Positions 10,801 to 18,509 of a DNA stretch of 64,000 nt are shown piece after piece. Position 1 is the stretch's first letter. Every line of letters begins with the position of its first letter. Origin of the DNA: a virus (Duplodnaviria; Heunggongvirae; Uroviricota; Caudoviricetes); the IMG/VR virus record IMGVR_UViG_3300022719_000283, positions 252,067 to 316,066 of that record, one strand, 5' to 3'. Below the pieces are notes generated by a model that had not been told where the DNA came from, did not search any database, and saw only the letters and a program-made list of their open reading frames with translations. The position numbers were made by a program, and so were the translations under genes.

Positions 10801-10892
10801 TTGCCACACTGGTTCTTGTACTTGCCGAACCGCACCTCATCTCCGACGGAGAACTCCGTCTGGCCCGCTGCATGTTGTTGAGGGGATTTCAT
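4830..10892 (-). CDS. 2020-aa multi-domain (polyprotein-like) virion protein: SH3-like + Ntn hydrolase (C45/AAT-like) + DNA topoisomerase IB catalytic domain + Cys-cluster domain + long coiled coil + helical C-terminus
   Basis: Ntn motifs C76-IVFSKK...LGKVRDR and EGINEHGIGIVNSSL. Topo IB catalytic pentad at about 9030-9776: ERVGN (R), VGKSG (K), KDIRG (R), RVGH (H), KSQYL (Y, codon 9096-9098). Heptad-rich region at about 6850-7650. Confidence 0.85.
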   Translation of the reverse strand: MKSPQQHAAGQTEFSVGDEVRFGKYKNQCGKIVRFFDDDRGVPSVEIEPVPKGRKKNRTMGLYKIWKAEAQQKQACIVFSKKCDGDVVLGKVRDRMYNPSLCVYHLEVDGTEICILFDRITGFCEGINEHGIGIVNSSLMVLQDEREGLSEGDSDPERSPDGIKIVKALTKKTLPEVLRSLITYKPPTFKRGLKGHTLISDGAKVYALESSKIHTPKVVSLSSDDVYTRTNHGIYYPGAGYTKGDDYISSVVRQWEAKKQLEKVQRAEDLMPVLTQSIEKTDGSLNPVRFTDKMRTTSQMIVNPSKGEILLYLIPEHSKFKGVRNLLPDGRKPKLKVRVFQYPSKKELKDQYVTVPDEMESASAKKSLKRQVMARYKSKKKVKTKDGDEMTVYEYSDRQVADRNRKKAERVEKLRKSMQKLQTKVRKDVQSKDEKTRDVALAVGLMDETFERVGNDGSAKEGHFGVTTWRVKHVKFHNGSATLSYVGKSGVDQKKKITNSRIVSALKKACADKKPNECVLSVSASEVNAYLKPFGISAKDIRGLHANTEMKTQLRKVRKGKLPDDPKEREKKLKDEFKKALEATAERVGHEASTLKSQYLVPGLEDEYMKDGTISESHTKKGAEAVTDTGALYVIAPDALKDMLDDTPWYELSHQMWPGSVAEAVAIQSPDSEATWNEMERHVRESGGAVLETRADGGYDVGIRGRYNDAGELEPFDRPVREKDALPPYGLRQVTSQGTLTERRILANALNAPVLVARDRKWWLREAPNLYRLARDHEKPRPHIPGLKFDPELFTVLWYEDSEGNSLGEPDFDEGPLGAPEGATTQHSQFPNELVHSILQLNDDGTSSEIFRGASTFPGDLVTAMVRSEEWDVGDAIMVAGQSCSRCMNGLAHHYGLKWGIPIDSEEYRNDNTRCSMCKHQDKTGTKSDAEKEEEQVQKMLRKEPKKKPPRYDLRDNRTLDEEDEEEVLGGGDKGDRDLSMKWNKVGHRVAWRWVAAPTRPSSVRLIHRLAEVEAPTGQRQQREAPTFEQWVKDKRWPSKAKNAPPSAEVGFEGLKKQDPPAAEKVRAEYRRQFPGAKEEEGKKEKGKGEEEGKRTREDIDEDLQEVRDEVDELELSVEELQKQIKEHKKNIDKLRRKSRKPPMDPEARKEKIQARIDQEKQKMRETVQRMKPLGKEMDKLEDRSDDLKKEIKSQQKVIKDAKGYLEQLGEDHPQVERFKSMVAEARKAIREADGDFDDVKEALKEKKAEYKSLRKSGRESAKAVEFLEKKLEEEPQEQAAEDPEAQLKEERKKLDETEEELKEKKEDLNYKQQRVEELKAERSDPSGAKRQQKQEKRQQKQEKKREQEKRRREAIERTVETMESLMGKGSRLPRHVKAEIEAKLDKFNDDEMEQFSLEFENTLQKLTDQDPTSDEAVSVANAMAKSGFSTQGQNAPDELGERLAKIAYTRNVVANPMIAGAKPVGQTEMDEVAYGNRALDGYNTFSRLNGILRRDAANKISEELRGLDPETDRAQELSAILTGINTAHVADTGDSLPGQPQVSKGPAALIRRLAEGGNIATMFKPVGDMFADESRQVMRNALNNMNDDELAEFIVGDDPNHPFRRLKGLLQNSGPGGSEYKQLIKSFLIDDWMNDVWGDRATRDVMEAAGATDWDDPDVRAQIIEEAKTNGGPGRQAAFDALVRIDEARARGERPDPQDEQLVQDVLGEGGKGLQESAQSLLDTLKDKFNKWVISPATAVFKNFVETGDKSVMDTETLPHPDANTPEPRTKEDREKARADAPKPAESGQYVDSDPERDWYQVSEKGAKFWRSPGGPEGEGEWESQDDRGWRKRFETREEAEAHARGGSPWPGAKEKKPKEDTPKAQERRKRLDKARAMRKKMEAQREKLPERARAKFDERVKKLDRVIGQAEEAVQDDNHGPGDVWETDQGNWRAKNRKGTPKSFKDKAKAEQYAKGENAPEGREEAEDEGFSADFNIPIEERGPTRLASDKVAELWLTHVQSFHPDDPNRPFIVVEAA

Positions 10893-11527
10893 TCGGACAG
10901 CCTCCGAATCTCAGCGAGGTAACGAGCAGCCACACGATGGTGCAGGTTTCTTCGGAGCCACCGATCGCTGATCTTACGAATGGATGGCCCAAACTTCACC
11001 TTGTGAACTTTTGGCAGCCCCCATACCTCCATCTCCTCGAACCGCCAGGATCCCTGCGGCACTTCGTCATTCCACTTGCTGTCCATGCCAGGCATGTAGG
11101 CCAAAGTGACGTGCGGCTTGAACTCTGGAAATTTGTCCCCGACGGCAATGCCTGCATCCGTGAGCTCCTGCTTGATACGCTGCTTGAACCCGGCCAAGTC
11201 CTTATCGAACTCGACCGTCACGTGAGGGACACGGCGATCCTGGTCGTGCTGATCGAAGTACTCGAGCTTGCCCAGTCGGGCTTCGCACAAGGGCCACCAG
11301 CGGCGACAGCAATCCTTCAAGATCTCAACGAGCTGATCTTGTTGCTTCTTGCCCTTGAAATCTCCGATGTACAGAAAGGTGACATGGGAGGGAGAGGTGT
11401 CTTCGTTGCCCAGGCTGGGGAACTTCTTGGCGAGATCCTTCGGAAGAGGAATGAATAAGCCAACCGATTCCCCGTTGCCGGCTTTGGTGCCTGTTGCCTT
11501 GGCGACACGCTGCAACGAAAAGGACAT
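10889..11527 (-). CDS. 2H phosphoesterase (2'-5' RNA ligase / Acb1-like fold)
   Basis: Two HxT motifs (SHVTFLY and PHVTLAY) with typical spacing; RVA tags at both termini. Confidence 0.85.
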   Translation of the reverse strand: MSFSLQRVAKATGTKAGNGESVGLFIPLPKDLAKKFPSLGNEDTSPSHVTFLYIGDFKGKKQQDQLVEILKDCCRRWWPLCEARLGKLEYFDQHDQDRRVPHVTVEFDKDLAGFKQRIKQELTDAGIAVGDKFPEFKPHVTLAYMPGMDSKWNDEVPQGSWRFEEMEVWGLPKVHKVKFGPSIRKISDRWLRRNLHHRVAARYLAEIRRLSE

Positions 11528-12001
11528 CTAGCCTTCCTTCTTGGACTTCGCATCCGCAGCGTCCATCTGGCGGACAACTTTGGCTGCCCACGATTGTCCT
11601 GGATCACCGCCCCACATAAGCCATGCGACGTACCCATTGTCCTTCCAGGGCTCACCCTTGTGTTTGGCGTCGATGGCCTTGTTCTTCTGGTGACGGTTGA
11701 AAAAGTTGCTCATCCGCCGCACGGTTTCGGGAGACATCGTGTCCCGGTTCTTGAGGTTCACCGCACGCTGAACCCCACTACCGATCCCAGCCTTGGACGC
11801 TTCCCCAACGGAGAGACCGGCCTTGTCACCCTTCTGCTTCTTGCGGTACTCGAGGCCGCGCTCCGCCGCCTTGGCAACAGACTCCGGGGGCTTGAAGTCG
11901 ATGTGCTCGTACTTGCCCTTGGCAAGCTTCACGTTCGCCTGCCGGAGCAGCCACCGGGCGGCCACGCGCTTCGTGAAATTGCTGTCGAAAGGTCTCGGCA
12001 C
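11528..12001 (-). CDS. Conserved phage head-associated domain protein
   Basis: DFKPPESVAKAAERGL...TVRRMSNFFNRH...VAWLMWGGDPG is a motif I recognise from phage head operons; N-terminal RVAARWL tag. Confidence 0.65.
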   Translation of the reverse strand: MPRPFDSNFTKRVAARWLLRQANVKLAKGKYEHIDFKPPESVAKAAERGLEYRKKQKGDKAGLSVGEASKAGIGSGVQRAVNLKNRDTMSPETVRRMSNFFNRHQKNKAIDAKHKGEPWKDNGYVAWLMWGGDPGQSWAAKVVRQMDAADAKSKKEG

Positions 12002-12027
12002 TGGAAGCCCCTGCTAGGGGCGCTCCG

Positions 12028-12042
12028 ATAGGCCGAAAACCG
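12028..12042 (-). promoter_or_regulatory. Candidate late promoter motif (CGGTTTTCGGCCTAT)
   Basis: Best match to the consensus; 27 nt upstream of the GTG at 12001. Confidence 0.55.
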
Positions 12043-12044
12043 TC

Positions 12045-13922
12045 CTAGAAACGCGGTCCTACGCCAGGTTCTTCGGGCTTCTTGTAGTCGAGCCCCAAGG
12101 ATTCCGCAATCTTCTGAACGAGGTCCGACCCCTCGATGAGCTGGTCTCCAGCTCGGCCATAGGCCGAGCGCAGCACTTCGTTGAACTGCGCATCATTGAA
12201 TGTCGCGAAGTCGCGTTCGAGGCGCTCTCGAACCATAACCGGATCGATGTTGAGAAGGTCCAGAATGGTTTCGACATCCAAGGATCCCTTTTGATAAAGC
12301 TGGAACAAGGCGTCGAAAGTGTCCTGATTATCTCGAAGGGCGAGACGAGTGAAGCTGAGCTTCGGGTAGATCACCACATCCTGCCCGTCTTCATCCGTTT
12401 CGATGAAACCCATACGGCGACACATAGGCTTGAAGAAGTACTCCTCGACGAGCCTCTGCACATTCTCCCGCAGGAGCATGTACCTCGTATTGATGACCTC
12501 AAGGTTGATCCGGTCACCGGAGTACGAGGACTCACCGTTTAGGAGAGTTTCGGTGACCCCCAAACCAGCGTAGAGCTGCCGGGACACCAGATCATACTCA
12601 CCAGTGAGCTCGAGGAGACGACCGTTGGAGTTCATCTCCTCCCAGGTCACCTGGAAGTTCGTGACGATCGAGTAGTCAGGATCCTGGAGAGCCAGATCAA
12701 TCTGGTCGCGCAAAGCTTCGGTATCTCCCTCATCCATATCCTCGGCGTACACGAGGCGGATGGGCGTCATGTGCCGGGAAGCAATACTTGTCTGGGCTTG
12801 GCGCAGCTTGTCGAAGTACACCAAAGTCCGCAAACACCGCTGGAGGATGCTGTGTCCACGCGGTTCGTACTGGCTCTTCTTATTGGCCATGTAGTGGACA
12901 AACGAGCCGCCATTCGGATCCGTCGACAGCGGAATGTTGTCCCCACGACGAAGGGCCTCGACCACGGTGGGATCCATGGAATCCGCCACTCTTTGCGCGT
13001 TGCGGTCTCCCTGGTCGGCCATCTCCAAAACATGCTTCGTCTTGGCGTCCGGAATGAGCTCGATGATGACCTCGTCCGTGAACGGGAAGGTCTGGATGTG
13101 GACCTGCTCCGGAGGCAAGATGCGGATCTTGGTCCAGCCAGTGTAGTTCTTCTTCTGCCACGCGACCGTGCGGTCATTGGCATCGTCGCGCTCGATCCAC
13201 TCCTCCGTGAGAGTCCCATCGGCCTCGACGCGCCGAACTACCTTCTCACGGATCTCCCGAGGCATCTCGGGATTCCCGTCTTCGCAGAAGATGTAAACCT
13301 CGCCGATGAGATAGTAGTCGTGAACGATCTCGATCAGACGTTGGAGTAGCCCGATCTTCTCCACCCACTTTTCGCAGAAGCGCAACGCTGCCGCGGCCAT
13401 CTTTTCACTTTTGGCTGAAGGTCGAGCAAGCCTGACCTTCGACAAGGGGAGCTCGGTGTGCAGGTCGATGGCTTGACCCACAAACGGTTCGTTGTTGTAG
13501 AAGAACCGGTAATAGTTCCACTGCTCGTTGAGCGACTGCGGAAGCTCAAGGAAATCGGTACTGAGCTCGGGCGAATAGAAGTTCCCAGCACTGGCATCTG
13601 CAACAGCACCAGACCCAAAGTTTCCTCCGAATCCGCCGCCTCCTCCGATACCCCCGCCTCCTCCGCCACCGACAACACCACCAACACCACCAACACCACC
13701 ACCCCCAGCCGCGGCCACGCGAGCACGAAAACCCCCCGGCCCTCCTGCGCTACGCATAGATCCGGAGATAGCACGAGGTTTCCCCACGCTCAGGTTGGGG
13801 CGCCGGTTTGGAATTTGGGCGACTTCCTCTTCCTGCTCGTTATGGGGAATCTGCGAAGGTGCTCCCGGGCCCGACACGGCCGTCTTATGGCCGCTCTTGT
13901 TGAAACCTGATCGGGTAGTCAT
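12045..13922 (-). CDS. Portal protein
   Basis: FFYNNEPFVGQAIDLHTELPLS, SILQRCLRTLVYFDKLRQAQ and LYAGLGVTETLLNGESSYS are portal-like motifs; near terminase; Gly-rich N-terminal extension. Confidence 0.85.
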   Translation of the reverse strand: MTTRSGFNKSGHKTAVSGPGAPSQIPHNEQEEEVAQIPNRRPNLSVGKPRAISGSMRSAGGPGGFRARVAAAGGGGVGGVGGVVGGGGGGGIGGGGGFGGNFGSGAVADASAGNFYSPELSTDFLELPQSLNEQWNYYRFFYNNEPFVGQAIDLHTELPLSKVRLARPSAKSEKMAAAALRFCEKWVEKIGLLQRLIEIVHDYYLIGEVYIFCEDGNPEMPREIREKVVRRVEADGTLTEEWIERDDANDRTVAWQKKNYTGWTKIRILPPEQVHIQTFPFTDEVIIELIPDAKTKHVLEMADQGDRNAQRVADSMDPTVVEALRRGDNIPLSTDPNGGSFVHYMANKKSQYEPRGHSILQRCLRTLVYFDKLRQAQTSIASRHMTPIRLVYAEDMDEGDTEALRDQIDLALQDPDYSIVTNFQVTWEEMNSNGRLLELTGEYDLVSRQLYAGLGVTETLLNGESSYSGDRINLEVINTRYMLLRENVQRLVEEYFFKPMCRRMGFIETDEDGQDVVIYPKLSFTRLALRDNQDTFDALFQLYQKGSLDVETILDLLNIDPVMVRERLERDFATFNDAQFNEVLRSAYGRAGDQLIEGSDLVQKIAESLGLDYKKPEEPGVGPRF

Positions 13923-13945
13923 CGGTCATCTCCTCTCCGTTGGGG

Positions 13946-13966
13946 GTTCTGTGTTCTGTGTTCTGT
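13946..13966. repeat. 3 x 7-bp tandem repeat (GTTCTGT) in the portal leader
   Basis: Read directly: gttctgt-gttctgt-gttctgt, between the upstream stop codon and the portal RBS. Confidence 0.9.
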
Positions 13967-13969
13967 GGA

Positions 13970-14416
13970 TCAGCTACTGACCTCATCGAAATCGAGGTCG
14001 AGATCGGAATCGTAAAAATGGCCCCGCCCCACGCGGCGCAGGGCAGCCAAAGCGTTCTCAATGGAACGCCGAACTCGAAGCTGCTCCCGGCCTTCGGCCG
14101 AGTGTCGGGGCATCGGCACCGCTGTCGCATCTCTGAGAGCCGCACGGAGCTCTCTAGTGGCCGCAGAGACGTGGTGGGCCACCTTCCCCTGGGTATCCGT
14201 GATGGCCTTCTGACGGCGTGCCTTGGCCTCTCTGGCTCGCGTAATTTTGCGCTCTCTACGCTCCCTGACGCGGTTTTCCTGAGCCTTTCGACGACGTTTG
14301 CGCTCGGCCAAAGCCTCGGCCCGCATTTCCTCCTCTTGGGCAGCACGCACCGCCTCCATCACCTCCCGGATCGAGGGCTGGCCCTCGAGGGGCTGCTTGT
14401 CGTCAGAGTCGGACAT
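13970..14416 (-). CDS. Hypothetical basic coiled-coil protein
   Basis: 148-aa ORF with an RBS, co-oriented between terminase and portal. Confidence 0.6.
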   Translation of the reverse strand: MSDSDDKQPLEGQPSIREVMEAVRAAQEEEMRAEALAERKRRRKAQENRVRERRERKITRAREAKARRQKAITDTQGKVAHHVSAATRELRAALRDATAVPMPRHSAEGREQLRVRRSIENALAALRRVGRGHFYDSDLDLDFDEVSS

Positions 14417-14431
14417 GGTCTTCTTCTCACC

Positions 14432-14692
14432 CTACCGAAAGGGCTCACGTTTGGAGATGAATCCTTGTTTGACAGCGATCTTCAGAATTCGACGAAGAAG
14501 CACGATGTCTCTTACCGAGCCCTTGAATAGGCGTTCCCAAGAGCCTCCGGCCCGCGCAAAAACCCGGCTGACATGGTCGTATTCGGAGGGGTTGTGATGA
14601 ACCGGTTTCTTCGACAAGAACTCTTTGAGCTGGTATCGAATGAAACGGTGGTCCGCACGTGACGGATCCTTGGGCGAAATACCTTTGCCCAT
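14432..14692 (-). CDS. Hypothetical protein
   Basis: 86-aa ORF with a GGAGG RBS, immediately after terL. Confidence 0.6.
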   Translation of the reverse strand: MGKGISPKDPSRADHRFIRYQLKEFLSKKPVHHNPSEYDHVSRVFARAGGSWERLFKGSVRDIVLLRRILKIAVKQGFISKREPFR

Positions 14693-14695
14693 GGC

Positions 14696-16606
14696 TTAGT
14701 ACCTCCGTTTGCGCGGAATTTGACGTTTCGGGTCCGAGCCTCCGAGTAGGCGTTTGCGACGGGCTGCACGGCGCGCCTGAGCACTCACCCCGGGTTGTCC
14801 GGGGATGGCAGATTGCTTCGAACGGGCGATGTGCTTCATCTGGCCGAGATGCGTGCTGGCCAAATAGACGGAGCGCGCCAGGGCGTCCGCCAAGTCATCA
14901 TGTTTCCCTTCGGTTTGAGGAGCCTCGACTTCGACGATGTACTGACTCTTGTAGGTAGCTTGCAGCGAAAGAAGCTGCTCGATGTACTCGTAGTGCTCGG
15001 GGGGCTGCTCGTCTCGAGCGAGATACTTCCTCTTTTCAGTCTCATCAATGTCGTAGAGCACGAGCCGGGGCTCCCCACCGATGCGGTCCCACATCATGGC
15101 CTTGAGGTTGGCCCAGATCTCGGACTTTTCCCGAGGCGTGAACAACTTGGCCTCGAACATGGAAAGGCCCTTCTTGTGGAGCGCCTGTTCCAAAGGGATA
15201 CCGTAGTGTTGATCGAGCAACCCTCGGTGGAAGTGAAACCGTCGCGAAAGAAGGTGAATCCAGGCGGCGATCTCTTCGAAATCAAGCCGATCCTTGTTGA
15301 CGAACTCTCCTTCACCGGCTTTGATCTGTCCGATGTAGTCGAGCACGATACGCTGTTGTTCGTCGATATGGGTGATGGCAATGGCGCTCGCGTCGTTGAC
15401 GAGACCAAGGTCGAACCCTGCAAAATAGGGTACGCGCGGGATACCTCGGCTCTTCGGGCGCGCCTTCTTGTCGACGCAGTCGAACAGATCCTTAGAATCG
15501 TCCAGCCATCCCAGAGTACGATCCGAAAACTCGGCTCCGAACTCCTGAAAGAACATGCGCTTGTCGAACGCGTAATGCTCCTTGAAGTAGGAAGCCGGAA
15601 TCGTGGGGTTCACTTCCCACGTGGGAGCTTGGACGCACAGCATGCTACGCGCCTGAGCACCTCCAGCCATTCCTTGCATAAACTTCTGGTAGAACAGCCC
15701 TTGTTTGCCCAACGGGCTTGAGATCATGATGATGCGGCCATCAGACTCCGTGTTGTCGATCCCATGAATGGGTTCGCCAAACTCATTTTTCGGAGTGAAG
15801 GCGGCATTCGAAGGCGACACAGCACCGTAGACCTCTTCGGCCGAGCTCCCTCCTTGCGCGAGAAAGTGGGCAACCTCATCGAGAATGATGACGATGTTCC
15901 CCTGACCGCGAAGGCTCTTGGCGTTACAGGCCGCGAAGAAAACCTTGATAGACGCACGCGCCTGGGGGTTTTCTGTGTAGCTGCCGAACTCTTCGATGTC
16001 GTGCGGTGTCTGGAACCGCGCGTAGGACATCGTATTGTTGGCCGTGTACCTCTTAAAGAAGTTGCATTTGGTAAAGTGGTGCGAAACCTCTTCATAGAGG
16101 AGACCAGCTTGTTCCTTACCAGTTGCTACCGAAACGAGACGAATCGGATTCGAAGCAGCAACCCCGTAGTACTTCTGGGGATTGCCCTTGTTGATGAGCT
16201 TGTAGGTTTCATAGGCGGCAATACAGGCAGAAACTAGGGTCTTTCCAGAGCGGCGACCGATCGGAAGAACCAGGTTACGACGTTCTTCACCCGGTATGAC
16301 CTCCTGGATATTGCAACGTCCTTGGTCGTACAGCCACCGCAAGTATCCCGCTTCCGTGAACTCCAAGGAGTTCTCGCGCTTCCAGTCCGTGATCTCGAAA
16401 GTGTTGTCGGGATCGTCGTCGAGGGCAATCCCATAGTGGGCTTTCAAAATGACGCGCTGGACAGGGAACAGCGGCATCCCGAGTCCCCAGTCGGACTCGA
16501 TGAACGTAACAATGTCGACCGCTTCTCTCGCCTTCGTAGACTGACTACGTCCGGCGTTCAGTGCGATGCGAGCGAGATTGGCAGCAGCCCCTTTCTTCCT
16601 GGCCAC
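14696..16606 (-). CDS. terL: Terminase large subunit
   Basis: Walker A IGRRSGKT; Walker B IIILDEVAHF; coupling motif MISSP; nuclease motifs AGFDLGLVND and HDDLADA. Confidence 0.95.
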   Translation of the reverse strand: MARKKGAAANLARIALNAGRSQSTKAREAVDIVTFIESDWGLGMPLFPVQRVILKAHYGIALDDDPDNTFEITDWKRENSLEFTEAGYLRWLYDQGRCNIQEVIPGEERRNLVLPIGRRSGKTLVSACIAAYETYKLINKGNPQKYYGVAASNPIRLVSVATGKEQAGLLYEEVSHHFTKCNFFKRYTANNTMSYARFQTPHDIEEFGSYTENPQARASIKVFFAACNAKSLRGQGNIVIILDEVAHFLAQGGSSAEEVYGAVSPSNAAFTPKNEFGEPIHGIDNTESDGRIIMISSPLGKQGLFYQKFMQGMAGGAQARSMLCVQAPTWEVNPTIPASYFKEHYAFDKRMFFQEFGAEFSDRTLGWLDDSKDLFDCVDKKARPKSRGIPRVPYFAGFDLGLVNDASAIAITHIDEQQRIVLDYIGQIKAGEGEFVNKDRLDFEEIAAWIHLLSRRFHFHRGLLDQHYGIPLEQALHKKGLSMFEAKLFTPREKSEIWANLKAMMWDRIGGEPRLVLYDIDETEKRKYLARDEQPPEHYEYIEQLLSLQATYKSQYIVEVEAPQTEGKHDDLADALARSVYLASTHLGQMKHIARSKQSAIPGQPGVSAQARRAARRKRLLGGSDPKRQIPRKRRY

Positions 16607-16610
16607 GTCG

Positions 16611-17321
16611 TCAATCCCCCTTCATTTTCATCTGCGCTTCTTGCTCCCAGGTCTCGTCGTTCATACGGTCAGATAGACGGGCAAACACGGTCTCCGCCTG
16701 ATCGCGGGGGACTCCTCCGGCCAACATGGCTTCACGGAAAGTATCCACCATGAACCCAAACAGGCGGGAGAACGCCGGGCTCGACATATCAATGGTCTTG
16801 CCAGCAAGTTGGTCCTTGCGCTTGATCCAAGATTCACCCAAAGCCTTGAGAGCATTGATGCGGCGAATAGAAAGCTGGCTCGTTTCCTTGCCTTCGGCTT
16901 CGGCGGTGAGTCGTTCAAACTCGAGCGAGGCTGCCTCTTGAGCAAATCCTCGCATGACGAGCAGCAGAATATCCTCCGATTCAACGCCCCCCTCGATCTG
17001 GTTGAGCAAGGGATCGTGATCCAAAAACGCCAGCTTGTCGGCCTGCATCTTGGCATTCTTGGTGGTCGTTGCTTGGGGCGGTGTGGGAGCCGGGGTCGAC
17101 TTCGACTTCTTGCGCCCCGGCACCTTGTTCATGGTGATGGGCTTACCGCTGATGAGGATGATCTCGTCGGTATCCAGCACATCGTCGAACACGCCGTTTT
17201 TCGGATCCACGGCCCGATACTTCTCATGTCCCTTGTCGGTCTTAACTTTGACACGTACCGCATCAACGGGAATGAGGGCCAGGACTTCGTCCCGAGAAAG
17301 CTTGTTCTTCGCTGCTGACAT
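16611..17321 (-). CDS. Possible terminase small subunit
   Basis: 236 aa, directly upstream of terL, with a helical C-half. The call is positional only. Confidence 0.4.
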   Translation of the reverse strand: MSAAKNKLSRDEVLALIPVDAVRVKVKTDKGHEKYRAVDPKNGVFDDVLDTDEIILISGKPITMNKVPGRKKSKSTPAPTPPQATTTKNAKMQADKLAFLDHDPLLNQIEGGVESEDILLLVMRGFAQEAASLEFERLTAEAEGKETSQLSIRRINALKALGESWIKRKDQLAGKTIDMSSPAFSRLFGFMVDTFREAMLAGGVPRDQAETVFARLSDRMNDETWEQEAQMKMKGD

Positions 17322-17334
17322 TCGTTCTTCCTAG

Positions 17335-17958
17335 CTAGGGAGCCACTCCGTTGGGCGTCCCGGCCGGCAGAATCGTGGGAGGATCCAGGGGGCTTGCGGG
17401 TTGCGTGAATCCGAGGACGCCGTCCTCTTGGAGGTAAGTGAAATCGAAATTCTGATCCCCGCCTCGGTAGGTCGCGAAAAACCGAAGACCAACTTGTCCA
17501 CGAGGACCGGTTACGGTGACGGTGCTACCAACAGTGGACGCCGAATACCCAGGCAGTGCATCAATCGCAGACTCGATGTTCGCAGCGGTCGCCGCAGTCC
17601 CCCCTCCGGTGGCAAAGTCGCGGTTCGAAACGAGCTCGAAGGGACCAACGAAAAGGCTGGCAGATTGCCCTGCGAAAGTGTCCGATACCACCTCGACATC
17701 CCCCATCGGAGCGTCATTGGGAACAAACGGTTCCCAAACCCCCACTTTGGTGTTCGTGACAAGTGACCGAGCCGGGCCCCCAGGAGAGCTGACGTGATCG
17801 GTGGCGAACCCAAGGTTTTGGATGTTCTGGAACAGGAACCCCGTACGTGTCTTCGTAGGGGGCATGTTCTCCGTGTCGGATCCGAAGATCAGACTCTGAG
17901 TGGGGCGCGAAAAGTTCGCGACCAAAAGCTCGTAGGGGGCTTGTACGCTCGTGGCCAT
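17335..17958 (-). CDS. Putative structural or decoration protein
   Basis: Gly/Thr-rich beta protein; FATGGGTAATAANIESAID resembles a segment of the 535-aa protein at 22304. Confidence 0.5.
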   Translation of the reverse strand: MATSVQAPYELLVANFSRPTQSLIFGSDTENMPPTKTRTGFLFQNIQNLGFATDHVSSPGGPARSLVTNTKVGVWEPFVPNDAPMGDVEVVSDTFAGQSASLFVGPFELVSNRDFATGGGTAATAANIESAIDALPGYSASTVGSTVTVTGPRGQVGLRFFATYRGGDQNFDFTYLQEDGVLGFTQPASPLDPPTILPAGTPNGVAP

Positions 17959-17961
17959 GGT

Positions 17962-18507
17962 CTATTCCTCCTTCAAAACGGCCCATTCTTCCGCCGCCAC
18001 TCGAGCAGACTCCTTCGCTCGGAGAACCTGACGAAGCAGGTACTGGTTGGTCTCGTGCTCATTGGCAGCAGCCATGAGGAAATCGTCCATCCCCAAGCTC
18101 AGTTCCCCCATCGCCTTGAGCTGGTCATACGTGCGCTTGCAAAGATCTTGGAAATCCTGCTCGGACAAAAGACCCCGCTTGTGGAGGCAGTCCGTGGTAC
18201 TCCAGCGCCGAATGAAAGATTCGAACTTCGCGCCCACATCGAGCCCGTTCACCGAATCAAGGCCGTACGTGCCGGCCATCTTTTCGGCTAGCGTGTCGAT
18301 CTGCTCCGTGACGCTCTCGTAGAGTCGTTGGAAAAGAAGATGGTTACCGTAGTAGGAGGGTCCCTTGGTCTGCCAGTGCGACTCCTGGTAACTCCAGTAC
18401 TGCGCGCGCAAGCATGCCAGAAGCCATTGGAGCATCTCGACGGCTGTTTCCTTCTGAGGGCTCTCTTCGGGATTGCCCGGACAAGCGATGAAAGACCAGC
18501 GGCGCAT
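17962..18507 (-). CDS. dps: Dps/ferritin-like protein
   Basis: ESHWQTKGPSYYGNHLLFQRLYESVTEQIDTLAEKM matches the Dps signature with ferroxidase H, D and E; C-terminal RVAA tag. Confidence 0.8.
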   Translation of the reverse strand: MRRWSFIACPGNPEESPQKETAVEMLQWLLACLRAQYWSYQESHWQTKGPSYYGNHLLFQRLYESVTEQIDTLAEKMAGTYGLDSVNGLDVGAKFESFIRRWSTTDCLHKRGLLSEQDFQDLCKRTYDQLKAMGELSLGMDDFLMAAANEHETNQYLLRQVLRAKESARVAAEEWAVLKEE

Positions 18508-18509
18508 GA

